NCBI GenBank assembly: GCA_014360755.1
Contig: JACIWX010000002.1
Coordinates: forward strand, 269,988-333,987
Length of the DNA: 64,000 nt
Direction: 5' to 3'
Source of the DNA: Chloroflexota bacterium
GTDB taxonomy: Bacteria; Chloroflexota; Anaerolineae; UBA2200
The notes below the pieces were generated by a model, which had not been told where the DNA came from, did no database searches, and worked only from the letters and a program-made list of their open reading frames with translations. Positions within the stretch are counted from its first letter, which is position 1; each line of letters starts with the position of its first letter. The position numbers were made by a program, and so were the translations under genes. Of the stretch, positions 36,903 through 45,999 are shown piece by piece.

Positions 36903-39715
36903 ACGGCATCCATCCGTGGTTTGTTGACCGAGAGGAGGAACTGGAGCGTATCCGAGCGCATGTTGAGGCTTGGGATACCACTCGTATTCTGGTCATTGAT
37001 GGACCAGGCGGCGTTGGCAAAACCAGGCTTCTTGAAGAAGTCCATAGACAACGCCTAGCACATATAGAATTTCTGAGAGGTCAATCGATCACCACCGAGG
37101 TTATTAATCTTGCTGACGTTCGCTTCCAAATGCCCATGAACCTAGCGCGTCGGATTGCCCTGGAGCTTGATCCCCAGCGTTTCCAACACTACTTAGAAGA
37201 GACCGATCGCATCGTGCGCGAGGAGAGCAAGGGTCTTCTAACGTTGGAAGCCTTGGAGCGATATATACACGAAAGCGATAAACTCTTCCTCCAGGCTTAT
37301 AACGACATGGCCCGAGAGAAACGCGTTTTGCTCCTCATTGACACCGTGGAGGCTATCTTGTCCCTCCCCGTTGGGCGATATCTGGCAAAGATAGTGTCTC
37401 AACTGAAGAACACCTGTGTGCTGATAGCCGGCCGGGAAGGGATGAGGGCAAAAGAACTGATCGAACAAGCACTGAAGCGAACACAACAGCAGGCGAGCGT
37501 CATCCTTGATTACCTCCTTTTGAAAAACTTCAAACCTGAAACCTCGGCTGAATATCTGGATAAAACCCCTGTGAAAGGCTATTTGGAAGCGCATCCTCGC
37601 CTTCGCCAGAACCTTTTGTTTCTAACGGAAGGAAAACCATTGCTGCTGGCCCTTGCTGTGGAATGGCTCCTGCGCGATATGCCGTTGCCGGAGTTATTGA
37701 AACAAACCCCAAAGAAACTACAAGCCTTAGGAGACAAAGAGAAGAAAGACCTGAGGGAGCGTTTCGAGGCGGCTCTAATAACTCATATCCGCTATCTCAG
37801 AGATCCCGGCGGTGACTTGATCCTTGACATGGCCCATCTCTATTACCGCTTCGACCCCGAGGTACTGTCAGCCATTACAGGGTGGCCTGAGGAAAAGAGC
37901 CAAGAGCAACTTAGCAGGATGAGGAGAGACCTTTTCTTTGTCAAGGCTAAGCCAGGAGACATCCTGGTCTTGCACGATGAAGTGGCCAGATTGGTACGGG
38001 AATATGTCTGGCCGCAACTGGATCCTTTTGGCACCAGGCGGCAGGAACTCAGTCGGATGGCGGTTGAGCATTACCGGAATAGGCTGGAACGGCTGGAAAA
38101 GAGAATGCAAGAAGCACAGGAAGAGGCGTTGAAAGCAGAGGAGAAAGGAAACCTTGCTAAAGCCAGCGAGGCCTGGAGATGTTGGGCAGAAAAGCGGCGC
38201 GAGCAATGGGTGCTGGTCCAAGAACTCCTTCACTATACTTTGGAGGTGGATCTAAAGGCTGGATATAATCTCTTTGTAGAGAAATTCGATCAGGCTACAG
38301 ATAAATATCAGCTTCTTCTCCGTTCGCCTTTAGTAGAAGAGATTGCGAATTATGAGGAAAAGTTTGCAGGAGACGAGAAGTACGAGGTTGGTATTCGAAT
38401 TGCCAAGTGCCTCCTGGACGAGACAGAATATCAGGATGCCTATGAGAAAGCAAAAGCCCTATTAGAAGCCTTTCCCTATCAGGATCATCGTCGTGTGGAT
38501 ACCATCATCCAGTTAGCCAATAATGCTGCCCGCATGGGTCGTCTAGAGGAAGGGCGTCAATACTTTGAGGAAGCGTTAAGACTTTGTAAAGAATACCAAC
38601 TTCCGGACAAGAAATGGTGGGCTATGGCTGAAAATGGGCTGGGGTGGGCTTATCGCGTCCTTGGTCAGTGGGACGAAGCCATTCAGCATTGGCAAACAGC
38701 ATTGGATTATAGCGTTGAAGTTGGCGATCGCAAGCGGATGGCTAGCATTTTGAACAACCTTGGATACGTGTATCATCTTAAAGGGGGTAGCCGAAGCGGT
38801 CTGGCGCTCAGCCAGCAAGCATTGGAAATTGCCCAATCTCTAGGCTTTGGACGACAAATCGCCATGAATCACAGTACTTTAGGAGAGATCCATTTAGCTT
38901 TGGACCGGTACGAGGAAGCGTTTGCCCATTACAGAGAGGCACTGGCCCTCTTTGAAGGGGAAAGAGACGAGGAGTGGATGGCCATCGTATATCATGAACT
39001 CTCCCGCGCCAAACGCCACCAGGCTTTTGATGAAGAGGAAACACCAATCCGACAACAAAAAGAGCGGCTTGAAGAAGCCCTTCGATACGCTGAGCGAAGC
39101 TTACAGCTCTGTACAGATTACCATCTCTCGAAAGAGCTCCCAGCTGCATATTATGGAATAGGAAGCATAGAGGCAGATTTAGGTCAGATTGAGAAAGCGA
39201 AGAGCTATTTACAGGAAAGCTACAATCTAAATAAAGAACGAGGGGAACTTTTTGGTCTCATGGTCGATCTCGCTGCTTTGGCAGAGCTGGCCTATATGGA
39301 GCAAGACATGGAAAAAGTCAGAGAACTAGCACAAGAAGCCCGGCAATTGCAATCTACAGGGGGTGGAAAAGTTCCGGCTAATTATCCCCTGTTCTTTGGC
39401 AGAACGCTGCGTACCCTTGCTGAAGCCTATTTAGAGCAGAAAAATTACGAGCAAGCCTTGGATACCTACATTGAGGCTTTAACCCACATCGGGCGCCATG
39501 GTGGCTATGGGAAATATCGCTTCGACCGTGAGCTAAAGAAACTACGCAAAAGAATGAGCGAAGTTCCGTCAGAAATTAGGGCAAGTTGGTGCGAGCGCTT
39601 TATTAAACAATGGCAAGCTAAACCAGACCTAGCTAGGGAGCATCCTGAGGTAATCACAACTTGCTTGTTGGTCAAGTGGAGTGCCTGTCATAATATAGGC
39701 GCAGAAAGGGAATAG
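36899..39715 (+). CDS. STAND (NB-ARC-like) NTPase with C-terminal TPR repeats.
   Basis: FVDREEELERI...ILVIDGPGGVGKTRLL Walker A. VLLLIDTVEA Walker B. EGKPLLLAL motif. More than 8 TPR-like repeats in the C-terminal half. 4-nt overlap with the upstream gene. Confidence 0.8.
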   Translation: MNGIHPWFVDREEELERIRAHVEAWDTTRILVIDGPGGVGKTRLLEEVHRQRLAHIEFLRGQSITTEVINLADVRFQMPMNLARRIALELDPQRFQHYLEETDRIVREESKGLLTLEALERYIHESDKLFLQAYNDMAREKRVLLLIDTVEAILSLPVGRYLAKIVSQLKNTCVLIAGREGMRAKELIEQALKRTQQQASVILDYLLLKNFKPETSAEYLDKTPVKGYLEAHPRLRQNLLFLTEGKPLLLALAVEWLLRDMPLPELLKQTPKKLQALGDKEKKDLRERFEAALITHIRYLRDPGGDLILDMAHLYYRFDPEVLSAITGWPEEKSQEQLSRMRRDLFFVKAKPGDILVLHDEVARLVREYVWPQLDPFGTRRQELSRMAVEHYRNRLERLEKRMQEAQEEALKAEEKGNLAKASEAWRCWAEKRREQWVLVQELLHYTLEVDLKAGYNLFVEKFDQATDKYQLLLRSPLVEEIANYEEKFAGDEKYEVGIRIAKCLLDETEYQDAYEKAKALLEAFPYQDHRRVDTIIQLANNAARMGRLEEGRQYFEEALRLCKEYQLPDKKWWAMAENGLGWAYRVLGQWDEAIQHWQTALDYSVEVGDRKRMASILNNLGYVYHLKGGSRSGLALSQQALEIAQSLGFGRQIAMNHSTLGEIHLALDRYEEAFAHYREALALFEGERDEEWMAIVYHELSRAKRHQAFDEEETPIRQQKERLEEALRYAERSLQLCTDYHLSKELPAAYYGIGSIEADLGQIEKAKSYLQESYNLNKERGELFGLMVDLAALAELAYMEQDMEKVRELAQEARQLQSTGGGKVPANYPLFFGRTLRTLAEAYLEQKNYEQALDTYIEALTHIGRHGGYGKYRFDRELKKLRKRMSEVPSEIRASWCERFIKQWQAKPDLAREHPEVITTCLLVKWSACHNIGAERE

Positions 39716-39720
39716 CCTTC

Positions 39721-40851
39721 ATGATCCAAACTAATATTTCATCTCCATTCAAGGGAACACTTTCACAACAATTATTTACGGAAATCGATAGGCAATGCGA
39801 TTGTGCATGTCTCGAACCAGATCTGTTCATTTCCTGTCTCCCTGCCCATCCGATTTTCTGCTACGTTGAAGTTACCCCTGTTTGTAATAATCTTTGCCTT
39901 GGGTGCGGAAACATTTTCAGGGCCGATAGAACCTCGCCACCGCTTTCATCCGCAGAATGGCAAACTGTTTTGACTAGCTTACAACCTTTTGTTCATTATC
40001 TCAAACTCACTGGGGGCGAACCGACGCTGCACCCAGAGTTCGAAACCATTATCCGAACAGTTCAGGAAAAAGACATCCCCTTCGCGCTTTTCACCAACGC
40101 CAGATGGAATGCCCCAGAACGACTCATCGCGCTTCTGCAAAGTACCACACAATGTAGAGGCTTGCTTGTTTCTTTGCATGGCGCAACGGCTGCTTCTCAT
40201 GATGCTTTTACGGGAGTTATGGGCTCTTTTAGTGACACTTGCAGCAATATCAAACGAGCCGCCTTCGCTGGCCTGGATGTCAGAACGAGCACTGTCATCA
40301 CCAAATATAACTGGCAAGAGATCGACACAATCGCCACTCTAAGTCAGAGCTTAGGGGCTCACTGTGCTGTATTCAACCGCTACATAGGGCCTCCTTTGCC
40401 CGAGCTAGAACCTAGCAAAGAACAATTGCAGCATGCAATTGGAGTAATCGAATATATGAGGCGGAACCTAACAAATAACCAACAATCAATGGTCGAATTC
40501 GGAAATCATATTCCTTATTGCCTCTATCCTTCCTCTTCTGCTGCTTGCCTTGCAGGGATCGCTTATTGCACTGTTGACCCCTGGGGCAATGTGCGGCCTT
40601 GTAATCATGCTCCACTGATCTGTGGCAATTTACTAGTGCAGTCACTGGAGGAGATATGGCGTTCGGAGACAATGGAAGCATGGCGAAAAATGATCCCTAT
40701 GGAGTGCGCTGGGTGCGCATTATACCAGACTTGCCATGGAGGGTGTCGAGCTGAGGTGATGCTACGTAACGCCTCTAATTATTACTCACTAACCAACAAA
40801 TCACACCGGTCTACGCTGCCTACCGAAGCAAGAGTACTTCAAATTGGATAA
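39721..40851 (+). CDS. Radical SAM/SPASM-domain protein with no N-terminal RRE, last gene of the island operon.
   Basis: CNNLCLGC CX3CX2C cluster. LTGGEPTL. C-terminal SPASM Cys cluster CTVDPWGNVRPC...CAGCALYQTCHGGC. 5-nt gap after the STAND-TPR gene. Confidence 0.8.
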   Translation: MIQTNISSPFKGTLSQQLFTEIDRQCDCACLEPDLFISCLPAHPIFCYVEVTPVCNNLCLGCGNIFRADRTSPPLSSAEWQTVLTSLQPFVHYLKLTGGEPTLHPEFETIIRTVQEKDIPFALFTNARWNAPERLIALLQSTTQCRGLLVSLHGATAASHDAFTGVMGSFSDTCSNIKRAAFAGLDVRTSTVITKYNWQEIDTIATLSQSLGAHCAVFNRYIGPPLPELEPSKEQLQHAIGVIEYMRRNLTNNQQSMVEFGNHIPYCLYPSSSAACLAGIAYCTVDPWGNVRPCNHAPLICGNLLVQSLEEIWRSETMEAWRKMIPMECAGCALYQTCHGGCRAEVMLRNASNYYSLTNKSHRSTLPTEARVLQIG

Positions 40852-41384
40852 GGTTTGTAGCCAAAATGTTTCTTCTTAGTTATAGGGAACATTTTCACCT
40901 TCATCTCAAGACAGCGACACTCCAAAAATTCTTCTATCCGTTACGTGCGGTTTGATAATCTGTGAAAAGCCTTCAGCAAGTCATTGCATGTTGACAAACA
41001 TAAGCACAGTAAATCACCGGGATAGAAAATGTGCTAAATTTTTTCATCCACAGCTCGATAATGACACGCATCCGGCTGCTTGTTGAGCAAAGCGGAAAAG
41101 GAACTACGCTAGACGTAACTTGAGCATCCCACCCACGCAAGCTGGCCCGGGCTATGTGCTATAGGTAAGCCACAACGGTGTGCAATATGTGCCACAGGGC
41201 TACTCTGCAATTGAGCAAAAATGTGTGCCTAAACCCCCTACGGATACAGTGGCCAAACTGAACAGATGCACTTATTGGCAAAACAATGTTGGCATGCACA
41301 GCGTAGCATGCCTGCCAAAGCCTCTTGAACCAGAGCAGGTGTAAAATTAGATAACATAATACCCCGGAGCCAAATTCCCTACAT

Positions 41385-41753
41385 TTACATCCCCGTGCCT
41401 GTCGCGGCGCTGATGGCTGCCCCCAGTAATGTCTGCCAGCCCATGCCATAGGTAAAGACCATGGCGAATTGCACCAATTCTTCTTTCTGGCCGTTGAGTT
41501 TGTTGGCGTCAATTGCTCCAGGAAGCAGGACAATGCCCACGATGGCGGCAAACAGGATGGAGAGCGCGTTTGGACGCCACACTTGACCCGCGCGATAACT
41601 TTCGAGGAAACTGCTGGCAATATTGCCCAACATGAGGGTAGCATACAAAGCCAGTTGCCGGCTCAGGGTCAATTTGGGCACTTCCACATCCTTTGCCATC
41701 CCCTCACCTTCCGCCGCCCCCAACTGCAAGGGATTGAATACCCAGGCCGTCAT
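41385..41753 (-). CDS. Small hypothetical membrane protein. The ORF was trimmed to the Met so that it excludes the upstream repeat tract.
   Basis: Hydrophobic segments ALSILFAAIVGIVLLPG and GMGWQTLLGAAISAATG. Confidence 0.4.
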   Translation of the reverse strand: MTAWVFNPLQLGAAEGEGMAKDVEVPKLTLSRQLALYATLMLGNIASSFLESYRAGQVWRPNALSILFAAIVGIVLLPGAIDANKLNGQKEELVQFAMVFTYGMGWQTLLGAAISAATGTGM

Positions 41754-41819
41754 GCTTGTCCCCCTTTCGGATAAGTGCTGTAACTTTGGCAAAGTATACT
41801 GGATAAAAGGTGAAATAAC

Positions 41820-41995
41820 AAATGGTAAGTGATGAGTGATGAGTGATAAGTGAGGAGTGAGAAATACTGCGTATTGCGTGTTCCGTTTTTTACTCAGCAC
41901 TCCTCACTCGTTACTCATCACTCATCACTCCTCACTCGTTACTCATCACTCATCACTCGTTACTCATCACTCATTACTCCTCACTTACAACCGCT
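41820..41995. repeat. Heptanucleotide tandem-repeat palindrome. About 5 GAGTGAT/GAGTGAG units on one arm and about 13 TCACTCA/TTACTCA/TCACTCC units on the other.
   Basis: Read directly from the sequence. The arms are reverse complements around a ~33-nt loop. It lies between the uvrC 3' end and the start of the next gene. Confidence 0.8.
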
Positions 41996-43832
41996 CTTTG
42001 ATGCGTTCAGCCGCCTCCCTGGTTATGCCTTTTACGGCAGCCAATTCCTCTACAGAAGCCTCGCGGATCGCTTCCAGCGAGCCAAAATGCTTCAGCAATG
42101 CCTGACGACGTTTGGGACCCACGCCTGGTATCTGGTCCAGGGTGGAAGCCAGTCCGCTCCGTTCGCGCAGCCGGCGGTGGTAGCCGATGGCAAAGCGGTG
42201 CGCCTCGTCACGCACCCGCTGCAGCAGATACAAGGCTTCGGAATCGCGTGGCAGCAGGAGGGGGTCGGACCGTCCAGGGACAAACACTTCCTCGCGCTGC
42301 TTAGCCAGCCCGATGGCTGGGATGTTTCCCACCCCCATCTCACCCATGACCCCCAATGCGGCGCGCAACTGCCCCTTGCCCCCATCCACGATCACCAGGT
42401 CTGGCATTACGCCCCAGCCACCTTCTTCCTCAGAGACCTGCTTTTGTTCCACAGCCTGGCTTTTGGCCCTTTTGAACCGCCTTCGCAGCACTTCTTGCAG
42501 CATGGCATAGTCATCCGCCCCGCTCACTGTTTTGATGCGGAAACGGCGGTACTCGCTTTTGCGTGGCACGCCCTTGACAAAAACTACCATGCTGCCTGTA
42601 GCGGATGTACCTTGGATATTGGAGATGTCGTAGCATTCGATGCGCGTTGGGGCTTGTGCCAAATGCAGGTATTTCTGCAACTCATCCAACGCCGTAACCT
42701 GCCGTGCCTGATCCGCTGCCCATTGTGCACGCAGATGCGCGAGGGTCTCGGCAGCATTTTCGGCTGCCATCTGCACCAACGCGCGCCCTTTGCCGCGGCG
42801 CGGCACACGGATCGCCACCCTTGTCCCACGCTTCTGACGCAGCCACTCTTCAATGACCTGTGCTTCTTCTATATCGTGCTGCAGCAGGATGGTCGGAGGG
42901 ATGTACGCCGCTTCATCATAGAACTGCTTGACAAAGGAAGTCATGACCTCCAGGTCATCTTCATCCTGCGTGCCGGTGAGGATAAAATACTCCCGTCCGA
43001 TCAGCTTGCCCCCGCGGATGAAAAAGGTCTGCACGCAAGCCTGGCCATCCTCACGCGCGAAAGCAATGACGTCCTCGTCGCTGCGGGTTGCCGACACGAT
43101 CTTCTGTCGCTCGACCACCCTTTGCAACGCCTGCACTTGATCGCGCAAAACCGCCGCGCGTTCAAAATCCAATGCCTCTGCGGCTTTCTGCATCTCCTGC
43201 TCTAAATCGTGGATGATGCGCTCTTGCTTGCCTTCCAAGAAGAGGACAATCTGTTCAATCAACGCACGGTAATCCTCGCGCGAGATGGCGCCAATGCACG
43301 GCCCGGCGCAGCGGCCAATGTGGTAGTACAAGCAGGCTCGCTGATCCTTGCCCGTTATCTCGCGTTTGCAGGTCAGATAGGGGAAGAGCTTACGCAGCAA
43401 CTCCATAGTCTGCTGCACTGCTTTGGCTGAGGTGTAAGGCCCAAAATAGCGCGCACCGTCGTCCTGCATGTGGCGCACGGTGTAAATACGAGGGAATGGC
43501 TCCTGCAGACTGATTTTGATGTACGGATAGCGCTTGTCGTCCTTGAGCCGCACATTGTAGCGCGGGCGGTATTTCTTGATGAGATTGCATTCGAGGATAA
43601 GCGCTTCCAGTTCCGAACCGGTAACGATAAAGTCAAAATCGGCGATGTGATCCACCAGCCGGCGTATCTTGGGAGTTTGGCCATTGTAGGCATGAAAATA
43701 GGAACGCACGCGGTTGCGCAGATTGACTGCCTTGCCCACGTAAATGACCTGGCCCGCAGCATCTTTCATCAAGTATACGCCCGGCTTGGTCGGCAACGAA
43801 TTGAGACGCTCTTGCAGAAGTGCTTGCTCCAT
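41985..43832 (-). CDS. uvrC: Excinuclease ABC subunit C (UvrC).
   Basis: N-terminal GIY-YIG (GVYLMKDAAGQVIYVGKAVNLRNRVRSYF). UvrBC-interaction and RNase H-like/HhH C-terminus. 615 aa. Confidence 0.95.
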   Translation of the reverse strand: MEQALLQERLNSLPTKPGVYLMKDAAGQVIYVGKAVNLRNRVRSYFHAYNGQTPKIRRLVDHIADFDFIVTGSELEALILECNLIKKYRPRYNVRLKDDKRYPYIKISLQEPFPRIYTVRHMQDDGARYFGPYTSAKAVQQTMELLRKLFPYLTCKREITGKDQRACLYYHIGRCAGPCIGAISREDYRALIEQIVLFLEGKQERIIHDLEQEMQKAAEALDFERAAVLRDQVQALQRVVERQKIVSATRSDEDVIAFAREDGQACVQTFFIRGGKLIGREYFILTGTQDEDDLEVMTSFVKQFYDEAAYIPPTILLQHDIEEAQVIEEWLRQKRGTRVAIRVPRRGKGRALVQMAAENAAETLAHLRAQWAADQARQVTALDELQKYLHLAQAPTRIECYDISNIQGTSATGSMVVFVKGVPRKSEYRRFRIKTVSGADDYAMLQEVLRRRFKRAKSQAVEQKQVSEEEGGWGVMPDLVIVDGGKGQLRAALGVMGEMGVGNIPAIGLAKQREEVFVPGRSDPLLLPRDSEALYLLQRVRDEAHRFAIGYHRRLRERSGLASTLDQIPGVGPKRRQALLKHFGSLEAIREASVEELAAVKGITREAAERIKERL

Positions 43833-43861
43833 TACCCTCTCCGTATACAGATTATTTATAC

Positions 43862-44013
43862 GAGAGTTTTGAAAATCTTATCGCCCTGAGCGAAGCGAAG
43901 AGCCTGCCCTGAGTGCAACGAAGGGGTCTCGCGTAACTTTAGCCGTATTTTCAAGTACTGGGAGATGCTTCACTTCGTTCAGCATGACATTGGAAGGGCT
44001 TCTTAACACCCTC
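43862..44013. repeat. Inverted-repeat-bounded element, copy 2.
   Basis: Aligns along its whole length with copy 1 (6776-6930), with about 10 substitutions. Confidence 0.8.
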
Positions 44014-44274
44014 AATTATACCATGAGTTGCAACCGCGGGGTATTTCCTGCCCGGTGCTTTTTCATCGTCGTTCTGAAGAAGGAAGAAATTCGCTGCACA
44101 AGGCCAAGCCCTGCTACCGTCGTGTGAAGCCTTCGCTGTCCCCCTCCCTCTGGACAAGGCTCAAGGTAATACACCTGCATAACTTCGCAGCGACTTACCT
44201 GACTTGGCAAGGAACCAGCCGCCTTTTGGGAAAACAAGCCCTCTGATCAGCGTGGTTCACAGTCCACGCAAGGA

Positions 44275-44470
44275 TGAGAGTTTTGAAAATCTTGTCACCC
44301 TGAGCAAGCGAAGAGCCTGCCCTGAGTATAACGAAGGGGTCTCACGTAATTTTAGCCGTATTTTCCCAAGTACTGTGAGATGCTTCACTTCTCCTTCGCT
44401 TTCCCTTCGCTCAGGGCAAGGCTCAGGGCGAAGGTTCAGCATGACACTGAAAGGACTTTTTCAACACTCT
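44275..44470. repeat. Inverted-repeat-bounded element, copy 3, carrying a ~45-bp internal insertion or duplication (cttctccttcgctttcccttcgctcagggcaaggctcagggcgaaggt).
   Basis: Aligns with copies 1 and 2 outside the insertion. Confidence 0.8.
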
Positions 44471-44560
44471 CAAGGATGACGGCAGACTGTGGTACCTCTG
44501 AAGGAATTTTCTCCGCAGTCTCGGCGTGCTCGGCGGTAAAAGTTGCCCTTTTCGAGCTTT

Positions 44561-44573
44561 TTGTGCTATAATA
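44561..44573 (+). promoter_or_regulatory. Extended -10 (TGcTATAAT) promoter-like element ~200 nt upstream of the M50 protease gene.
   Basis: Read directly from the sequence. Confidence 0.3.
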
Positions 44574-44775
44574 GTAGCACTCTGCCATCGGCATCCTGGC
44601 AACCTCAATGCACGATCTCCAGCACTGGTGTTGCTGCCAGCTTTGTACGCCCCGCGCCTGGAGTAAGTACAAGATCGCCGTGCGCGGGGCAACCAGTTTG
44701 CCAAAATGCGATGGCGCTTTCATCCATTTGATTGAAGCCTAGTACCAAAGGGCAGAACTAAGAAGGGAAACATCG

Positions 44776-45423
44776 GTGGATACTCGTAGTCTGATCGCTG
44801 GCGCTTTGGGCATTCTACTCGCACTCGATGTACACGAATGCTTTCACGCCTGGGTCGCCGACCGACTGGGCGACCCGACGGCCCGCTATATGGGGCGGAT
44901 TTCATTGAATCCAATCGTACATTTGGATCCATTGGGCACTATGATGATGCTCTTTGCGGCGCTATCGGGCCGGGGCATTGGCTGGGGCAAACCGGTGCCC
45001 GTCAACCCGCGCAACTTGCGCTATGGGCCGCGCGTGGGCATGGGCATCGTATCCTTCGCCGGGCCATTTGCCAATCTCGTAACGGCATCGCTCATTGCCT
45101 TGCCGCTCCGGTTGCGCATCTCCCTGCCTGGCACGTTGTCCTTTCTGTTCATGCAGGTAATGTTCATCAACATTGGCTTGGCGATCTTTAACCTGATTCC
45201 CTTGCCACCGTTGGATGGCTATGGCGTCTTGCAAGGGATTTTGGCTAGCATCCGCGGGCCAACAAGCTATCGTCTATCCCGCAGCCTTACCGTTCTGGAG
45301 CAGCAGGGGCCTGTCCTTCTGCTCCTCCTGATCCTGTCCAGCCAATTTCTGGGCTTGAACTTGCTGTGGCGCTTTATGGACCCACTGGTGATGTTCTTTG
45401 CCAGATTGATGCTGGGTGTATGA
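44776..45423 (+). CDS. Site-2 protease (peptidase M50) family membrane metalloprotease.
   Basis: HECFHAW HExxH within a TM helix. Several TM segments. LDG motif region. Confidence 0.8.
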   Translation: MDTRSLIAGALGILLALDVHECFHAWVADRLGDPTARYMGRISLNPIVHLDPLGTMMMLFAALSGRGIGWGKPVPVNPRNLRYGPRVGMGIVSFAGPFANLVTASLIALPLRLRISLPGTLSFLFMQVMFINIGLAIFNLIPLPPLDGYGVLQGILASIRGPTSYRLSRSLTVLEQQGPVLLLLLILSSQFLGLNLLWRFMDPLVMFFARLMLGV

Positions 45424-45947
45424 CCTTGCGCGCTGGCTACCGTGTCCGGCAGTTTCTGGCTGCGCTGGGGCTCTTTCACGTGCCGGTTACTGAAGAGGCA
45501 TTGGCTAACTACCTGCGCGCAGCGCAGATAGAACTCTTTCGTCGCCTGAGTGCCGCAGAGCAAAGGCACGCCCTAGCAGTCCTGCGCACTCTGCAAGAGG
45601 CAGGACATCGGGAAACGGTATTGGCGCAGGCTGCCTTGCTCCACGATGTAGGGAAAGTGGGTGGGCACATTAGATTATGGCATCGGGTAGCAACTGTCTT
45701 GCTGCAAGCGATCCATCCAGCTTTACTGTACCGCCTTGCCCTGGACAATCCGCGCAGTTGGCGCTATCCCTTTTTCGTGCAACTATACCATGCGCAGCGC
45801 GGGGCAGAGATGGCCGCACAGGCTGGCACTCACCCACTGGTGGTAGCATTGATACGCTGGCATCACACGCCACCGGAAGAGAGCGATCTGGACGCAGCAG
45901 GACAGGCTTTGCTTGCTGCCTTGCGGGCAGCGGATGAAACAAATTGA
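45420..45947 (+). CDS. HD-domain phosphohydrolase.
   Basis: ALLHDVGK HD motif. Start chosen at the ATG overlapping the upstream stop (ATGA). Confidence 0.6.
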   Translation: MTLRAGYRVRQFLAALGLFHVPVTEEALANYLRAAQIELFRRLSAAEQRHALAVLRTLQEAGHRETVLAQAALLHDVGKVGGHIRLWHRVATVLLQAIHPALLYRLALDNPRSWRYPFFVQLYHAQRGAEMAAQAGTHPLVVALIRWHHTPPEESDLDAAGQALLAALRAADETN

Positions 45948-45999
45948 GTGATAAGTATGCGGGCGGAATCTCCGCCCAGAAGCATGAGAGGAGAATGGG

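Noticed and set aside
41850-43205. 451-aa plus-strand ORF antisense to uvrC. Its N-terminus, SSLVTHHSSLLTRYSSLIT, translates the heptamer repeat.
   Set aside because: uvrC on the minus strand is unambiguous. The ORF starts inside the repeat palindrome.
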